A DNA stretch of 64,000 bases, taken from positions 572,130-636,129 of the forward strand of contig NW_005434671.1 of the NCBI RefSeq assembly GCF_000315625.1. Reading direction: 5' to 3'. The translations under genes were made by a program, and so were the position numbers. The notes below the pieces were generated by a model. The model made no database searches. It was not told the DNA's origin and worked only from the letters and a program-made list of their open reading frames with translations. Positions 13,369-25,428 of this stretch are shown one piece after another; positions within the stretch are counted from its first letter, which is position 1, and every line of letters begins with the position of its first letter. This DNA comes from Guillardia theta CCMP2712. Lineage: Eukaryota; Protista; Cryptophyta.

Positions 13369-14169
13369 GAACTCAGAAATTTGCTGGAATGTAAAGATCG
13401 GCTATGATGGTCAGGTTAAAGCACCTTGGATTCCCTCCTCTACATTTCAGGTACTCATTTCTTCTGAGAGTGTGTTGAAAACCCATTCTAGCCCTTTTCC
13501 TCCTCCCGGAATCCTAGTCCTCCTTTACCCCCACCACCTCCTCCTCTTCCTCTTCCTCTTCCTCCTCCCGAGTCCTCCTCCTCCTCCCCCTCCTCGTATC
13601 CCTGTTCGTATGTTCCGAGTCGCCATCGAACCCCCCCCTCCACCCCCCCCCCACTTACCCTGAAAATGAGGTGTAGAAACCACCTGACCTTGTCCGATCG
13701 GATCATCGGTCATGACCCCACCCTCTACCCCTATGTCCCTATACTTACTACCCCATGAGAAATCCTCCGGATTCTCTACCCCCACTACCCCACCCCCCAA
13801 TTCGACTACCACCCTCAACCGTACCTCCGAGGTTCAAGCTCTAACGGCATCCAAAGGCCCACTGGCCACTCCCCCACCCCTCCTCTGAACCATAAAGTAC
13901 CCCCCCTACCCATTGACTGAGACATCACCAGTTGGGTGACCTCGCTACGAAAAGAGGTCCTAGCAATATTCGTAGGTCATGAGAGTCCTTGGACCAGACA
14001 CTAGGACCCCGACAACTCTACTAGGCCTAGTACCTCGAGTGCGACGGCGGTGTCGCAAAAATAAACAAGAGGGGTCAATTAAAAAGTGATTATACTTCCA
14101 CGGTTTCAAATGTAACCGACCGGTCACGACTCGGACTCACTCGGAACAGGCTTCTTTACTCAAACCGTT

Positions 14170-14880
14170 CGGCGCGGGGTCACTGGCTGCCCGGGCGGGC
14201 CGCCTCCGAGTGCGCGCCGCCTACCGTAACCGTAACCGGGGCGCCACTGGCGCCCACCATCCGATGCCATCATCCGAGTCGGACGGCCGCATTCATGTGC
14301 CGGTCGGACTCCCGGACTCTGATGAGATCGGACCGGGCCCGCCCGGGCCGGCCCGGCCCGGCGCCCGGCTCACTGCGGCGCGGCTCGGGCTCCTAACTAG
14401 TAACCGGGCCGGGCCCGGCGGGGACCCGGTGCACAAGGACAATCAGGAGAGTCGAGGAGGCTTGCCAGGAGGCTTGACCCTACTTTACTGAAAGTTAAGT
14501 TGAAAATCAGCACGAGGACAACTGGCAATTATCAAGAGAGCCTGCGAGGAGGCTTGACCGTGCGGCCTCAGCCGACACTGTGGCACTGATTGGCCGCACA
14601 CGCGCCACGCGGCCGCCCAGGGCCGTCCTGGAACTAACCGCCGGTAAACGGCGCGGCACTGCCGCAGGCCGGACCCCGCGCTAGACTCGCGGCCCGGGCC
14701 GGGCCGGCGGGCCCCCGGCCGGGCCCGGCGCCGGGTTGCCGCAGTGTGACTGAGGCTCGCGGCCGCGACTCGGCGGGCGCCGGGCCGCCGCTGGTCGGAT
14801 CGGACACCCGGCCCTCAGTGCCCCGGGCGGGCCCGGCCCGGCCGGGCCCGGGGCCGCACAGGCCCCCGGGCGCGCGTGGG
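14170..14880. other. GC-rich palindrome/micro-duplication island (type example; others at about 8870-9040, 21135-21560, 30490-30830, 33340-34330, 36290-36660)
   Basis: Dense CCGG/GGCC/CGCG/GATC/GTAC/GANTC/GTNAC words and short tandem duplications; all copies are intergenic. Confidence 0.75.
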
Positions 14881-15483
14881 GTGTGTTTACAGTGGGATGA
14901 GGGGGTACTAGGGGTAGGCGAGTCAGAAATGTAAGCAAAGGAGGTGGTGAGGCGTAAGAGGGAACACAGGGGGTGAAATCTGGGTCTGAAAGGGGGTAGG
15001 GGTACCTACCAGGAGTCTCCACCCCCGTATGATGAACAGACTTATTGTTACACGTCTGGGGGTGGGGGAATCTCTAGTGGAGGGGGTAGGGTGGGGAGAA
15101 AATCCTTGGTAAGGGTGCTGTACAGTATGACTGGATGGTCAACGTAGGGGTGAAGAAGAAGGACTATGTTGCATGGGGGTAGGGTAGGGTAAGGTAGGGT
15201 TGTTGTTAGGGTTGGCCCGCCCTGATGATGGCGTACATTCAAGGCCGGGAGGGAGAAGGAGAAGGAGAGGGAGGAGGCGAGAGCAGGACGAATGCTGACC
15301 AGCCATGCACAGAAGAACCAAAGGACGAGGATCAGAGGTAGATCTTGACCGCCAAGATCGAGGCAAGCAGCTGCATACGCGTCTTTGCGCCCCGGATTCT
15401 TGGGTGTCTTCCTGAAAAACTTCGAAACTTGAGTTACTTGACCTCCGCTGCTCACCCTCTTGCTGTCGGGGTCCTGAGTCAAG

Positions 15484-17785
15484 ATGAGCATACCAGGCCT
15501 GGTGTCTGTGAAGCGGTGCAGGCTTCCATGGATCCCAACAGCTGCGACTTTGCTGTCCCTCTTGCACGTTGTGCACCCGTTGACTCTCCCACTCAGTTTG
15601 AGCCCCACGCCGAGGCTGTCTGGGCATGCCCTGCTCCTCAAGAGCACAAGATCGATGGCGAACAGAGGGATGTCTCGCTTGCGAATGACCATAACGCAGC
15701 CAAGGAAAGATGAGCCCAACAACTTTCAAGAGATTGGACTCATCGGTGCTGCAGCGGTGGTTGGAGCGGGATCTGGCCTGGCAGTGGTGGCTTTCAAGGA
15801 AGGGATCAAGGCCATGAGGGGATGGACTTACCAGGGGTCGTATGCTCAGCTTGTCCACAATATCGGCTCGTTTCTCCCGTCCTCCGGGCTGCCTAACATG
15901 GAGGGTATCAACCTCGAGTACATCTGCTTCCCTGTGATGGGAGGGCTGCTCACCTCGCTCTTCCTCTTGGTCCTCCGCAAGGACTTCGGGCCGGGCCTGA
16001 CCGGTCAGCTCGAGGAGGTAGACCGAGGCGTTCCCATCGACCCCGTCAGGTTCCTTGCCCGGCAAGTCTCCGCCGTGGCTGCCCTGGGCTCGGGATGCTC
16101 CCTGGGACCTGAAGGGCCCTCGGTCGAGATCGGGCTGACGGTGTCAAGAGCAGTCTCCAGCACGCTGGGGCTGGATGCGTCCCTCAGGAGGATCCTCGCC
16201 TCTGCTGGGGCGGCAGCTGGGGTGGCAGCTGGGTTTAACGCGCCTCTGACGGGCGTCGTGTTTGCACTGGAGATCGTGCAGCCCACGATCTCGAAGCAGG
16301 AGGAAGGCCTCCCCGACGCGAAGCTCACAACCGCGCAGAGGGCGGCCGCGGGAACCGTCCTGACGTCAGCAGCAATCGCGTGTCTTGTCGCCCGGTCAGG
16401 CATCATGGTCTCCGAGCGGTTCATGGTGAAGGAGTACTTCATCGTGGACAAATTCGCGGAGCTGCCGGTGTACATGACGCTGGGAATTCTCACAGGGGTG
16501 GTGGCGGCGAGCTTCCGTTTCCTCGTCAATCAGTTCAGAAAGTTCTATGCGGGAGAGGTTCCAGGGCTAGAGGGGATGGCTCGAGTCCCGCGGGAGCTGA
16601 AGCCTTTGATAGCTGCTTCCCTGTGTGGGGTGGTGGCGACCAAGTATCCTCAAGTGCTTTTCTTCGGCTACGAGACGGTGAACAGCTTGCTCGCCGAGTC
16701 AGCGACTTACGTTGACGATACTGAGACGCTCCTGACCCTCATGGTCCTCAAAGTCACTCTCACCGCGTCCTGCGTGGCCAGCGGGCTCATGGGAGGAATC
16801 TTCGCTCCTTCCTTGTTCTTCGGAGCGACGCTGGGAGCAGCTTATGACAACGTGATGCGAGGAGACTTGGGGTTGGACATCGCCAGCACGACGAGGTACC
16901 CGAGAGCTCTCTTGGGAATGAAGTGACTTGATGCAGCTACGCGATGGTCGGGGCCGCGGCGGTGCTTGCCAGTGTGTTCAGGGCTCCGGTCACAGGTTGT
17001 CGATTGAACTCAAGCGGCTTGTCTGACTTGTCTCTCGCTCTCAAGGGATCCTCTTGCTCTTTGAGCTCACGCGCAACTATGACATCGTAATGGAGGAGAC
17101 AGCGAGTGTGGCACATGAGCTTACAAGCCCACGCAGGTGCTGCCACTCATCGCAACAGTGGCCATGGGAACAGTCACCATCGACATGTGAACCTTGCTCC
17201 TGGCCCTTGGCTTGTGCTGACATAAGCGCAGCATCGAGTCCTCTCATCCTCAGCCAACTTGGGCCTGGTGGTGGCAAAATTCCAACCCTGAGAACAACGG
17301 CTCTACATCGGCGGCCGAGGACCCCGACATCCTCTGTGAGGGATTGTGCGCGCTCGCGATGTCCTGACTGTCATGCAGGGTCTGCACTCAAGGCAGGAGC
17401 GGACGAGGACGACAACATCAGCTTGAGAAAACTTCTCTCCTCGCTCGAGGTAGCGACCTTAGTGGACGACGCGGAGCCCTTTGACGTGTCATGGCAGACG
17501 CTGAGGGAGACAGGCAGCATCGACAAGCACACCCTCGTGGAGATGATCCGGAAGCTGGGCTTCGACGAGGAGCACGAGAGCATCCAGAGCCTGGGCGGGG
17601 GGCCTGGCGAGCTGGTGGACGAGGACGAGGTCCGGCTGCTGCTCCGACGCCTTGTGGGTAACGTGCTGCCTCCCACCCTCCTTGACGCCTCTGGCAGATC
17701 GAGGACAACCAAGTTGAGCGCAAGTGACGCGTGCTCCTCTCCCTCCTCCTCTCCCTCCTCCGACCTCTCCTTTGTGTCTTTTTAG
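15484..17785 (+). CDS. CLC-family chloride channel (CLC-e/f-like) with N-terminal targeting extension
   Basis: GCSLGPEGPSVEIG, GVAAGFNAPLTGVVFALE, GGIFAPSLFFGA, and after a 41-nt intron YAMVGAAAVLASVFRAPVT..LLLFELTRNYDI. Confidence 0.92.
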
Positions 17786-17904
17786 GTTCTCTTAGCCCCG
17801 GCGCCTGTTAGATAGTCTCCGCTGCTCGTTGTTCTTCCCTTGTTTTCAAACGTTCGGTGGTCTTTACATGTCATTCGTCCCATCAGCTCCCTCCTCCCGC
17901 CCTC

Positions 17905-18850
17905 TCACTGCGTTATCGGCGGCATACGCAGCGCTACCTTGTCCAGCTCCTCCTTTGCTATGGCAACAAACATCTGAAGATCGACCTGAAGAGAGCCTGT
18001 GAGCCTCCGTCCTCGCTTCTCCTCCACAAACTCCTCCTCCTCTTCCCCCTCCCCCTCCCCGAACTCCACCTCCTTCTCCTTCACCACGACATCCTCCTTC
18101 TGCCACTCTCCGACCCCCTCCTCATCCTCCCTGATTTCCCCAGCCACCTGCAGCCCTCACCTTCTCAGTCGATGTCGAAGTGAAGTCCTTGATGCCCAGG
18201 TTCTGCATCGCTTTCTCTAGCTGAGAGGGCGTGAGGGGAACATAGCAAGGAGGAAGCAGTATGCCGCTCACTTGTACATGCGTTATCTTCCCGCTCCCCG
18301 TCAGGTCAAACATCCCGAACATCGCTATCAAGTCCTTCTCCTCAAAGAATGACGGGACCTGAGCTCAATCCCTCAGCGGACCGGCACCACTGACATCTCC
18401 TGACGAGATACCGGGACTTGCTGCTGCTGGCATTCGTGGATTCTTTTCAGCTCTTCGACTAGAAACGCGCGCGGGTCCTCCGGCTTTACAAACAAAATCT
18501 ACTTGCAATGGTTGACGGTGGGTAGACGTGCAAAAGAACATGCTCCTCCTCCCCCAAGTACAAGGGGAGGCAGCAAGCGACAGGAGAGAGCAGGAGCAGG
18601 GAGGGAGAGGGAGACTGCAAGGATAGATGAAGAGCGAGGAAAGGGAAGCTGGGGAGGGATGGGGGACGAGAGTTATTTGAACATGTGGAGGGAGGGAAGG
18701 GTATGAACGGGGAGGGAGGGGAAGGAGGAAGGGAGAGTTCTGGCTGTAGGAGGAGCATACCTTTGTACTGAGATGTCTGATCAAGCTTCTGATGTTCTTC
18801 TCCTCTAGATACTTCTCTGCTGACTTGCGCGGATCCTTTGATTCCGCCAT
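17905..18850 (-). CDS. EFCAB10: EF-hand calcium-binding protein with RIIa/DPY30-like docking domain (EFCAB10-like)
   Basis: Exons give 'MAESKDPRKSAEKYLEEKNIRSLIRHLSTK', 'FVKPEDPRAFLVEELKR', 'FFEEKDLIAMFGMFDLTGSGKITHVQ', 'LEKAMQNLGI', 'VDLQMFVAIAKEEL'. Confidence 0.78.
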
Positions 18851-19637
18851 GGCGCCCCGAGCCCCAATGTGGAAGGAACAACTCACCTTCAGGGGAGGGG
18901 GGTGGTAATCTACGGGGTCCATTTATATTCAAAATGCCCTCATAAGATAGGGTGGGGTGGGTATGGAGGGGTGGTCAAGAATCGGACGTCCGTTGATCTC
19001 TCGGTTGGTCTCACCTGTCAAGTCACTCACTCTGAGAGCAAAGGAGGAAGACGATGCGAGGAGAGGAGGGGAGCGAAGAGAAGATGAAGGGATCCTAGGG
19101 GAGGAGAGGAGGGAGGAGAGGAGGGAGGAGAGGAGGGAACAGCCCAGAGGGGAGAATTCAGCTTGTAATCATAACTGGCAACAAATTCCCTCAAAGTGGA
19201 TCGAAACTTGCTCTTTCTCTGAGCGAAAGCTTCGATAGCAACAGCCTCCGACAGGCAGGACCTGACCTGAAATAAAAAATACCTTGGCTGCCAACGTCCC
19301 GACTTAGCTCGATGCCTTGGGCACCATGCAAGACATCAATCAGATTCCAATCATCCTTGCGCTCTCTATTGGTGGCCCTTGTCTCATGACTGCCGATGCC
19401 TCTTTCTCTTGCACTGGTGGGTCGACGTGGCTGACTTGCCACTGAGGCGTGCGAGAAGTCACTTACAACCCGAGAAGGTCTAGGAGCCCTTCTCTCTTCC
19501 ACCTGATATTCCTCGGTTCTCTACCGGGCCGACACCTCCTCCTCCACCACCACCACCTCTTCTGCCTCCTCCTAGCGGAGGTGTAAGTCTGCCCTGTGAT
19601 AGCTGCTCATACACACGTCAAAGCTCTCGCTGCCCCT

Positions 19638-20854
19638 TCAACCCACTTTGCCAAGGATTGCCGACGAGATCATGCAAAGGATCAAAACCCCCATGATGTC
19701 AGTCAGAGTCGCCAGCATCGGCGAGCTGATGTGGCACGGGTCCAGACCAGCCCTCTCCAGCGCGAGAGGAACGACTGTCCCCCCAGCGATCGCCCCGACG
19801 ATGGTCAAGAAGGTGGCAGCGGACACGATGAAGGCTGCGGTGATGTTGGACCCGTGAGTAATCATCACCCTGACGAAGGCAGCGGCCGCCAGGATCAACC
19901 CGATGGCGCTGGATGCCAGCACCTCCCTCAGCAACACCTTGAGCATGTTCTTGGTGTTGATCTCCCCGGTGCTCATCCCTCGGATTACCAAGGACGAGCT
20001 CTGGTTCCCCGCGTTCCCTCCGGTCCCTATGAGCATCGTGAGGAACAGCGCGAGGAAGACGTTCTCCTGGATCAGCTGCTCGTAGTGCGAGAGCACCACG
20101 GAGCTCATGGACTGGAGGATCATCAAAGTGGTAAGCACTGAGCTCCTCCTGACGATCAAGTCCCATAGCGAGCTGCCGAAGTAGGATCGATCCCTGATAC
20201 GATTTCGACCCTCGAGCGTCACTGTACCCTGCCATGAGTCGGGTGAGAAAGGAAGGAGGCGGCATGGGGCAGTGGAGTAGCTACCTGTTGTAGCCTCTCC
20301 TTGTCCGAATCGATGATCAGAGTGTCGACGACGGCGTCCTTCATCAGTCCCGATTGCCTCAAACGATTGAGAATGTCCTCGGGGTTTCCTTTCATCTTCA
20401 ACACCATGTTGAAGGATCCATCGTCATCCAACACTATCTCAGTCTTCTTGTCTTCATTCGCTTCGGCTTGCAGCCCTCTCTGAACTGCTTGCTTCTTGTT
20501 CCTCCGCTGCTGCAGGCCCTCCACCAACTTGACGATGCTTTCTTCTTGGTCAGAATGAACGACTGGATCCCGGTTCATGCTCACTCCATAGGCGATGCTC
20601 CCGTTGATCCTCCTCGTCCGCTGCATCTCACTCGCGTTGTCCTGCTCGTCTGCATTCTGCTTCAATGACGCCCTGTTGCAAACAAAACTGCGGCTGTTCC
20701 TCGTGGACAGCATCAGGGTAGCAAAGGCTGAGGAGACTGAAGGGGGACAACGACGAGACGGACAGCTTCGAGAGCAAGGAGGGGAGGGAGGGAGAGACAC
20801 GATGAGCGGCAAGCCCAGCAGCGCCAGCAGCGCTTGAGGCCGCCACCCTGGCAT
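19638..20854 (-). CDS. MgtE-family Mg2+ transporter with signal peptide/transit-like leader
   Basis: FLTMLIGTGGNAGNQSSSLVIRG and LDPCHISSPMLATLTDIMG. Leader MPGWRPQALLALLGLPLIVSL...SSAFATL. One intron near 20283-20228. Confidence 0.9.
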
Positions 20855-21702
20855 TGCAACGGGGTGCGAGGGGGAGGAGACCAGCGCAGAACTGATTCTC
20901 CTACTTTCTGCCCCACCAATCTCTCTATAGTTCTTCCTAAATAGAAACTGCTGCCCCAAATTGTTTCCTAGTAGAGAGTCACTAACAAGGTTGGGTAGGG
21001 TATCTCGGGTGGGGTACATGGGGGTACTTTAGCGCAAATGGGGGTGACATGGGAGAACCCTCAAAAGCATATGCAGAGGTAGGGTGGGGTGGGGGTTGTG
21101 ACGAGTAACCCAACTGGCAAAGACCCATGATACTAGCAGTGATCGATCCGATCATTCAAAGCCCGGCCGGGCGGCCCGGGGGCGGGCCGCCGCCGCGGCC
21201 CGCCCGGGACTCGTCCCGGGAGTCCCCGCCGTGTGACAGCGAGATGTGCAACTAAGTCTCGTACCGTACACCGTCTCAGGTGATCCGATCCGACTTCACT
21301 CAGGCTGCCATGTTGTCAAGTGCGAACGCACTGCGGCAAAATGATTCGCCGGCACGGTGCCCAGATCGCGACAATGATGCGGCTGTGGAAGGTATCAGTT
21401 ACCGTACCGTCAGACAGTGAGTTTGAGGGACAGCAGTTGGCAGGCCCGATCTCGACCGGACTCCCAGAGTCTCCTGTCACCGTGGCACCAGTACCGGGGG
21501 AGTCGATATCAACTTTGCCGGGATGCACAAGGCTGAGTCGACTCGGCTACAGTACGGATGCTTTTTAGTCAACTAAACAGAACTCACTGAAATACGACCC
21601 ATATTCAGTGGGGAGGGGTCACTGCCCCAGGGAAGCTCATAGTAGAGGGGGGGTGGGGTATCTATGTGGGTTTGCTGGAACTGAAGAAAAGGCGGGAAGA
21701 AC

Positions 21703-24700
21703 ATGGCGGAACCGGCGACCAGCCTAGCCAAGGGCAGCGACACTTGCCTCGAGCATGAAGAACTTATGAGCCATCAGGAGCAGCCAAGGCCAAGCAGCAA
21801 ACGAAAAGCCGAAGAAAGCCTACATGTCGAAAGTCGGAAGTTTCGCAATTCCCCCGACGTCGAGACAGAAACTGTACGTGAGAGCCTTGGACATAGAGAG
21901 ATGATGGGAGGTAACGAGATCACCACAAGTGCTACAGCAGAGTTTCAATCAACAAGCAAACCTGATGGAGCATTGTGTGGTCATACCTCTCTTCAAGGTG
22001 AAACAAAGCAACTGAGCGACCCCAATTCAGAGCCAAGGTACGAATGGTTCCCGGATGGACACCACCTTCTTGGAGAGACTTTCTCTACCTGTAAGGATGA
22101 TCAGTCACTGCAAGGGAAAGTAGTGATGTGGGGAAGGCCCTCATTTGACCATTCCTGTAAGCTATCCATCTTCCAAGTATTTCTTTACGACGTAGATGGT
22201 TCAGTCAAAATGAAAGAGATATGGAATGAGATTAAGGTTCACATGTATCTGCATCCTCACCAAAACAAATCTTTGCAAGACGAATTGCAATCGGAAGACA
22301 AAGTAAGGCGGTCGATTCGGCTGGGAGAATTTGTAACCACTCCAAAGGAAATCAAATCAGTTCCAGGATCGACAATCAGCTTTGAAGCTCCGCCAGAACC
22401 ACCACGTTCGAATGAAGTTCAGTCTCCTGAGCTCCTTGATTTGCAACTATGGTATTATCCTGGAGATCTGTACATTAGAAACGTCTACATAGCTCCTTGG
22501 GTGGTAAATATTCTTCATTTCCTCCGCCAAAATGGAACTTCTCTGCTGTTAAGTATCTTGTCGAAATTTAGAAATGGTTTTTCTGAAAAAGGCAGCGAAC
22601 AAACAAATGAAAGCTTTTTCAGGGATAGATGTGGACAAGGTGTAGGATTACAGACTTTGAAATCAAAATACTTGGAGTCTGTCGCCTGCTATGCGATTTT
22701 CAATCCCAACGCATCTAGAAGTAGTGAAGGTAGGCCCAGCTCCTTGATGGATCTCAATGGCGTATCAGACTTCAAGATCACCTACATAAGGAACAAGGAT
22801 AAGATCTTCGAAAATGCATTTTTCGCGGCCAAACTGGGAAGTCTCGATCTAAGAGTCAAATTGCGCGTTTGCTCGTATTGTGGGTCCTGTTTCAGTGGTC
22901 GATTTGAAAATGGATTTGGGTGGAAGAAAATTACCAGTAAAACTAAAGCTGGCAACTTCGATTGGAAACAATTGATGGGGTATGATTGTCAAGCTTGCGT
23001 GTATGTGGGAGGTCCGCTTATTTCCTGATCAGGTGGACCCTTTGTCAAGCTTGCTACATTCATAGATCATCAAAAGGAAATTTGGCCGATTCATTGAGGA
23101 AGAGAATCACACAGCTTGTTGGTAACTTTTGAAATTGACATGTGCGTTTTATATTGACATGTGCTTTTCAGTCGATCGAAAAGAGTTTCAAATATGTGAA
23201 GTGGAATCCGAGGACTTTGAGATATTGAATAACACTTCTGTCAACCAAGGGTGCAAAGACAAATCAAGTGCATTTGTCCTGAATAAGAATGACAAAATTG
23301 AAGTGATGCATTGTCAGCAATGGTAAGTATCACCCAGAGCTTGCCAGGTACACATCAGGTTTTTGTAATGCTATCTTGCAGGTTACTAGCGACCGTTGTG
23401 GAAGAATCTGGTGGGATGATTCAAGCAAAATACACGTTCTGCAACACTCGTTGGCTGCGATATTTGTATCGTGACAGTGATGAATGGCGAATGATATCAA
23501 ATGAAGTGATATCTGATTTTATCTTTGGCTTCTGCCTTATCTTGCTTGACAGCACTCAATATCAAGAACGACAAAATACGCTTGCTGCACAGGAGTCTAT
23601 CACAACGTATCTCCTCCTTCACAACATGAAGAAGACATCAGATTAGAGGGTCAGCAGAAATCTATTCAGAGAGATTTGGACCCAACGCCTTTGAAGTTTC
23701 GACGGTTTTGTCACTTTGTCCCTGGATCTGGCTGTAGGCACCTGAACACACTTGAAGGTCTGAAGATACTCCACAACATGAGGGAACTCTGGATCACTCT
23801 CGCGATCAAATCAAACAGGTAAACGATGCTTCTGAGCTGAAGTGATCCTGTGTGTCCATTTGTCAAAATGAAACTTTTCCAGGAATATTTGCAGGCACAG
23901 AATCACTTGTTCATCCTTGCAGAGTGTTGCAGAGATATTGCAAAGGGCGATGTCGTGGTAAAACCTTTGAAGAAGAACTCTTCCTATATACAGGTATCTC
24001 TATTAGAGCATGTCAAATCCTGGTGTGTCATTGTTGAACAAAATTTCATGTATACAGGGTCGATGTACTTTTGATGGGGCACAAGATTTTGTTACAAACA
24101 ACAGACATAACTGGGTAACGATTTGTTTTAGGGAGTACCTTTTTTTCAATTTTCCTATGCAGGTTATTCTCAATGGGGACCATGATCGGTACATTATCGA
24201 AGTAGGATCTTATGACAGAGGTAAGAAAGAAGCTCTATGAAGGGTTACGGTGACTAGTTCAATTTCGGATAATCTCAGAAACAAGGTCACAGCACTTCCT
24301 CGTCAGGTCTCAGGAGGGCAATTCTCAACATTTTACCGTGTTCCTCCGAACGCATGTCACAAAGGCACAGAAAGACCAAATTTTTATCAACATCGTGTGG
24401 AACTCAGCAGAAGAAGTATGTGTTATTGATTTTCTCCGGCAAGTGTTTCACTTGAAGGAGGGAATACAATTTGAAATGATATGCTCAATGAGTTCTGCGA
24501 ATGATTACGTGAATGATTTAGTGTTTCCGATACAAGTTAATTGCTCCGTAGATGTTTTGTAAGCATTCAAAAGTCGATTTGCCCCTGCTATGTGACATTG
24601 TGCGGACAAGAACTTGCCTAAGTATTGAATGTGAACAGGTATATCTAGTCCTTTGAATTCAAACAAATCCTAATTCTTCAACTAGCAGGACAGAGCAACA

Positions 24701-25428
24701 ATTGACATCTCAGGTTTGTTGACTCATCATTCCAATCCAGACAAGATTCGACCTGCAGTAATAATTCACAGGAACGCACTTATTCAGGTAGATACATATT
24801 CTTTGAAACGATGTTCTCAGAAATGTTTGCTGATATTGAAACTCCTATCAGTATGTTTGCTTGTCGGATATATCGCATGCAAGGAGTGTTGTCATTCGTT
24901 GGCTGGCTGAAAATTGCAGGTGAATGTTTTATGGTTGTTGTTTTGTAGAATTGATAATCTCTGCATAGTGAAGCTTTCATGAGGAAAACCTCAAATCATA
25001 TGGCAGCGGAGTACAACAAGACGAAAGCAAATAGATTGAAGCCGGAGAGTGACGAAATGATGATTGTTGGGCAGTGCGATTTCTTTAGTTGGAATTGGGA
25101 ATCAGAAAATGTGCATCGGGCACGCTTGTCGATTCGATCAAATGAAATCGATCCTTCAATTCTGGATGATTGCGACGCTATTTCAAACTCAAATAAGAAG
25201 AAGAAAAGTCGGAATGTGAACAGTTCCCAATCTAAAGATGGCTTTCAGGAGTTCAAATGTTTTAAGGAGAAAATCTTTGAAGACGAAAATGCGTCATTCA
25301 TTCTGAAAAAGATGCAAGGACTCGGTCAAGAACTGCAGATGTGCGAAGCCCGCCAAGAGGCTTTGACCCGAAACCTTCAGGATATCTTGCAAACTCAGGA
25401 AATTGGTTCTATTGATGAGTATCAATAA
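21703..25428 (+). CDS. Large multi-exon protein of unknown function with Tudor-like, Cys-rich and possibly RFTS-like segments
   Basis: 441-aa first exon followed by a chain of GT-AG-linked exons to the coiled-coil ORF ending 25428; visibly AT-richer than neighbours. Domain calls are by eye only. Confidence 0.6.

Noticed and set aside
14318-14345. CTGATGAG as a hammerhead ribozyme core
   Set aside because: No GAAA core or matching stems nearby.
14900-15215. Interstitial telomeric repeats
   Set aside because: G-tracts are irregular and form no fixed tandem unit beyond about three copies.
21703-25428. Transposon or viral insertion suggested by lower GC
   Set aside because: No transposase, RT, integrase or terminal repeats recognised, and it has spliceosomal introns.
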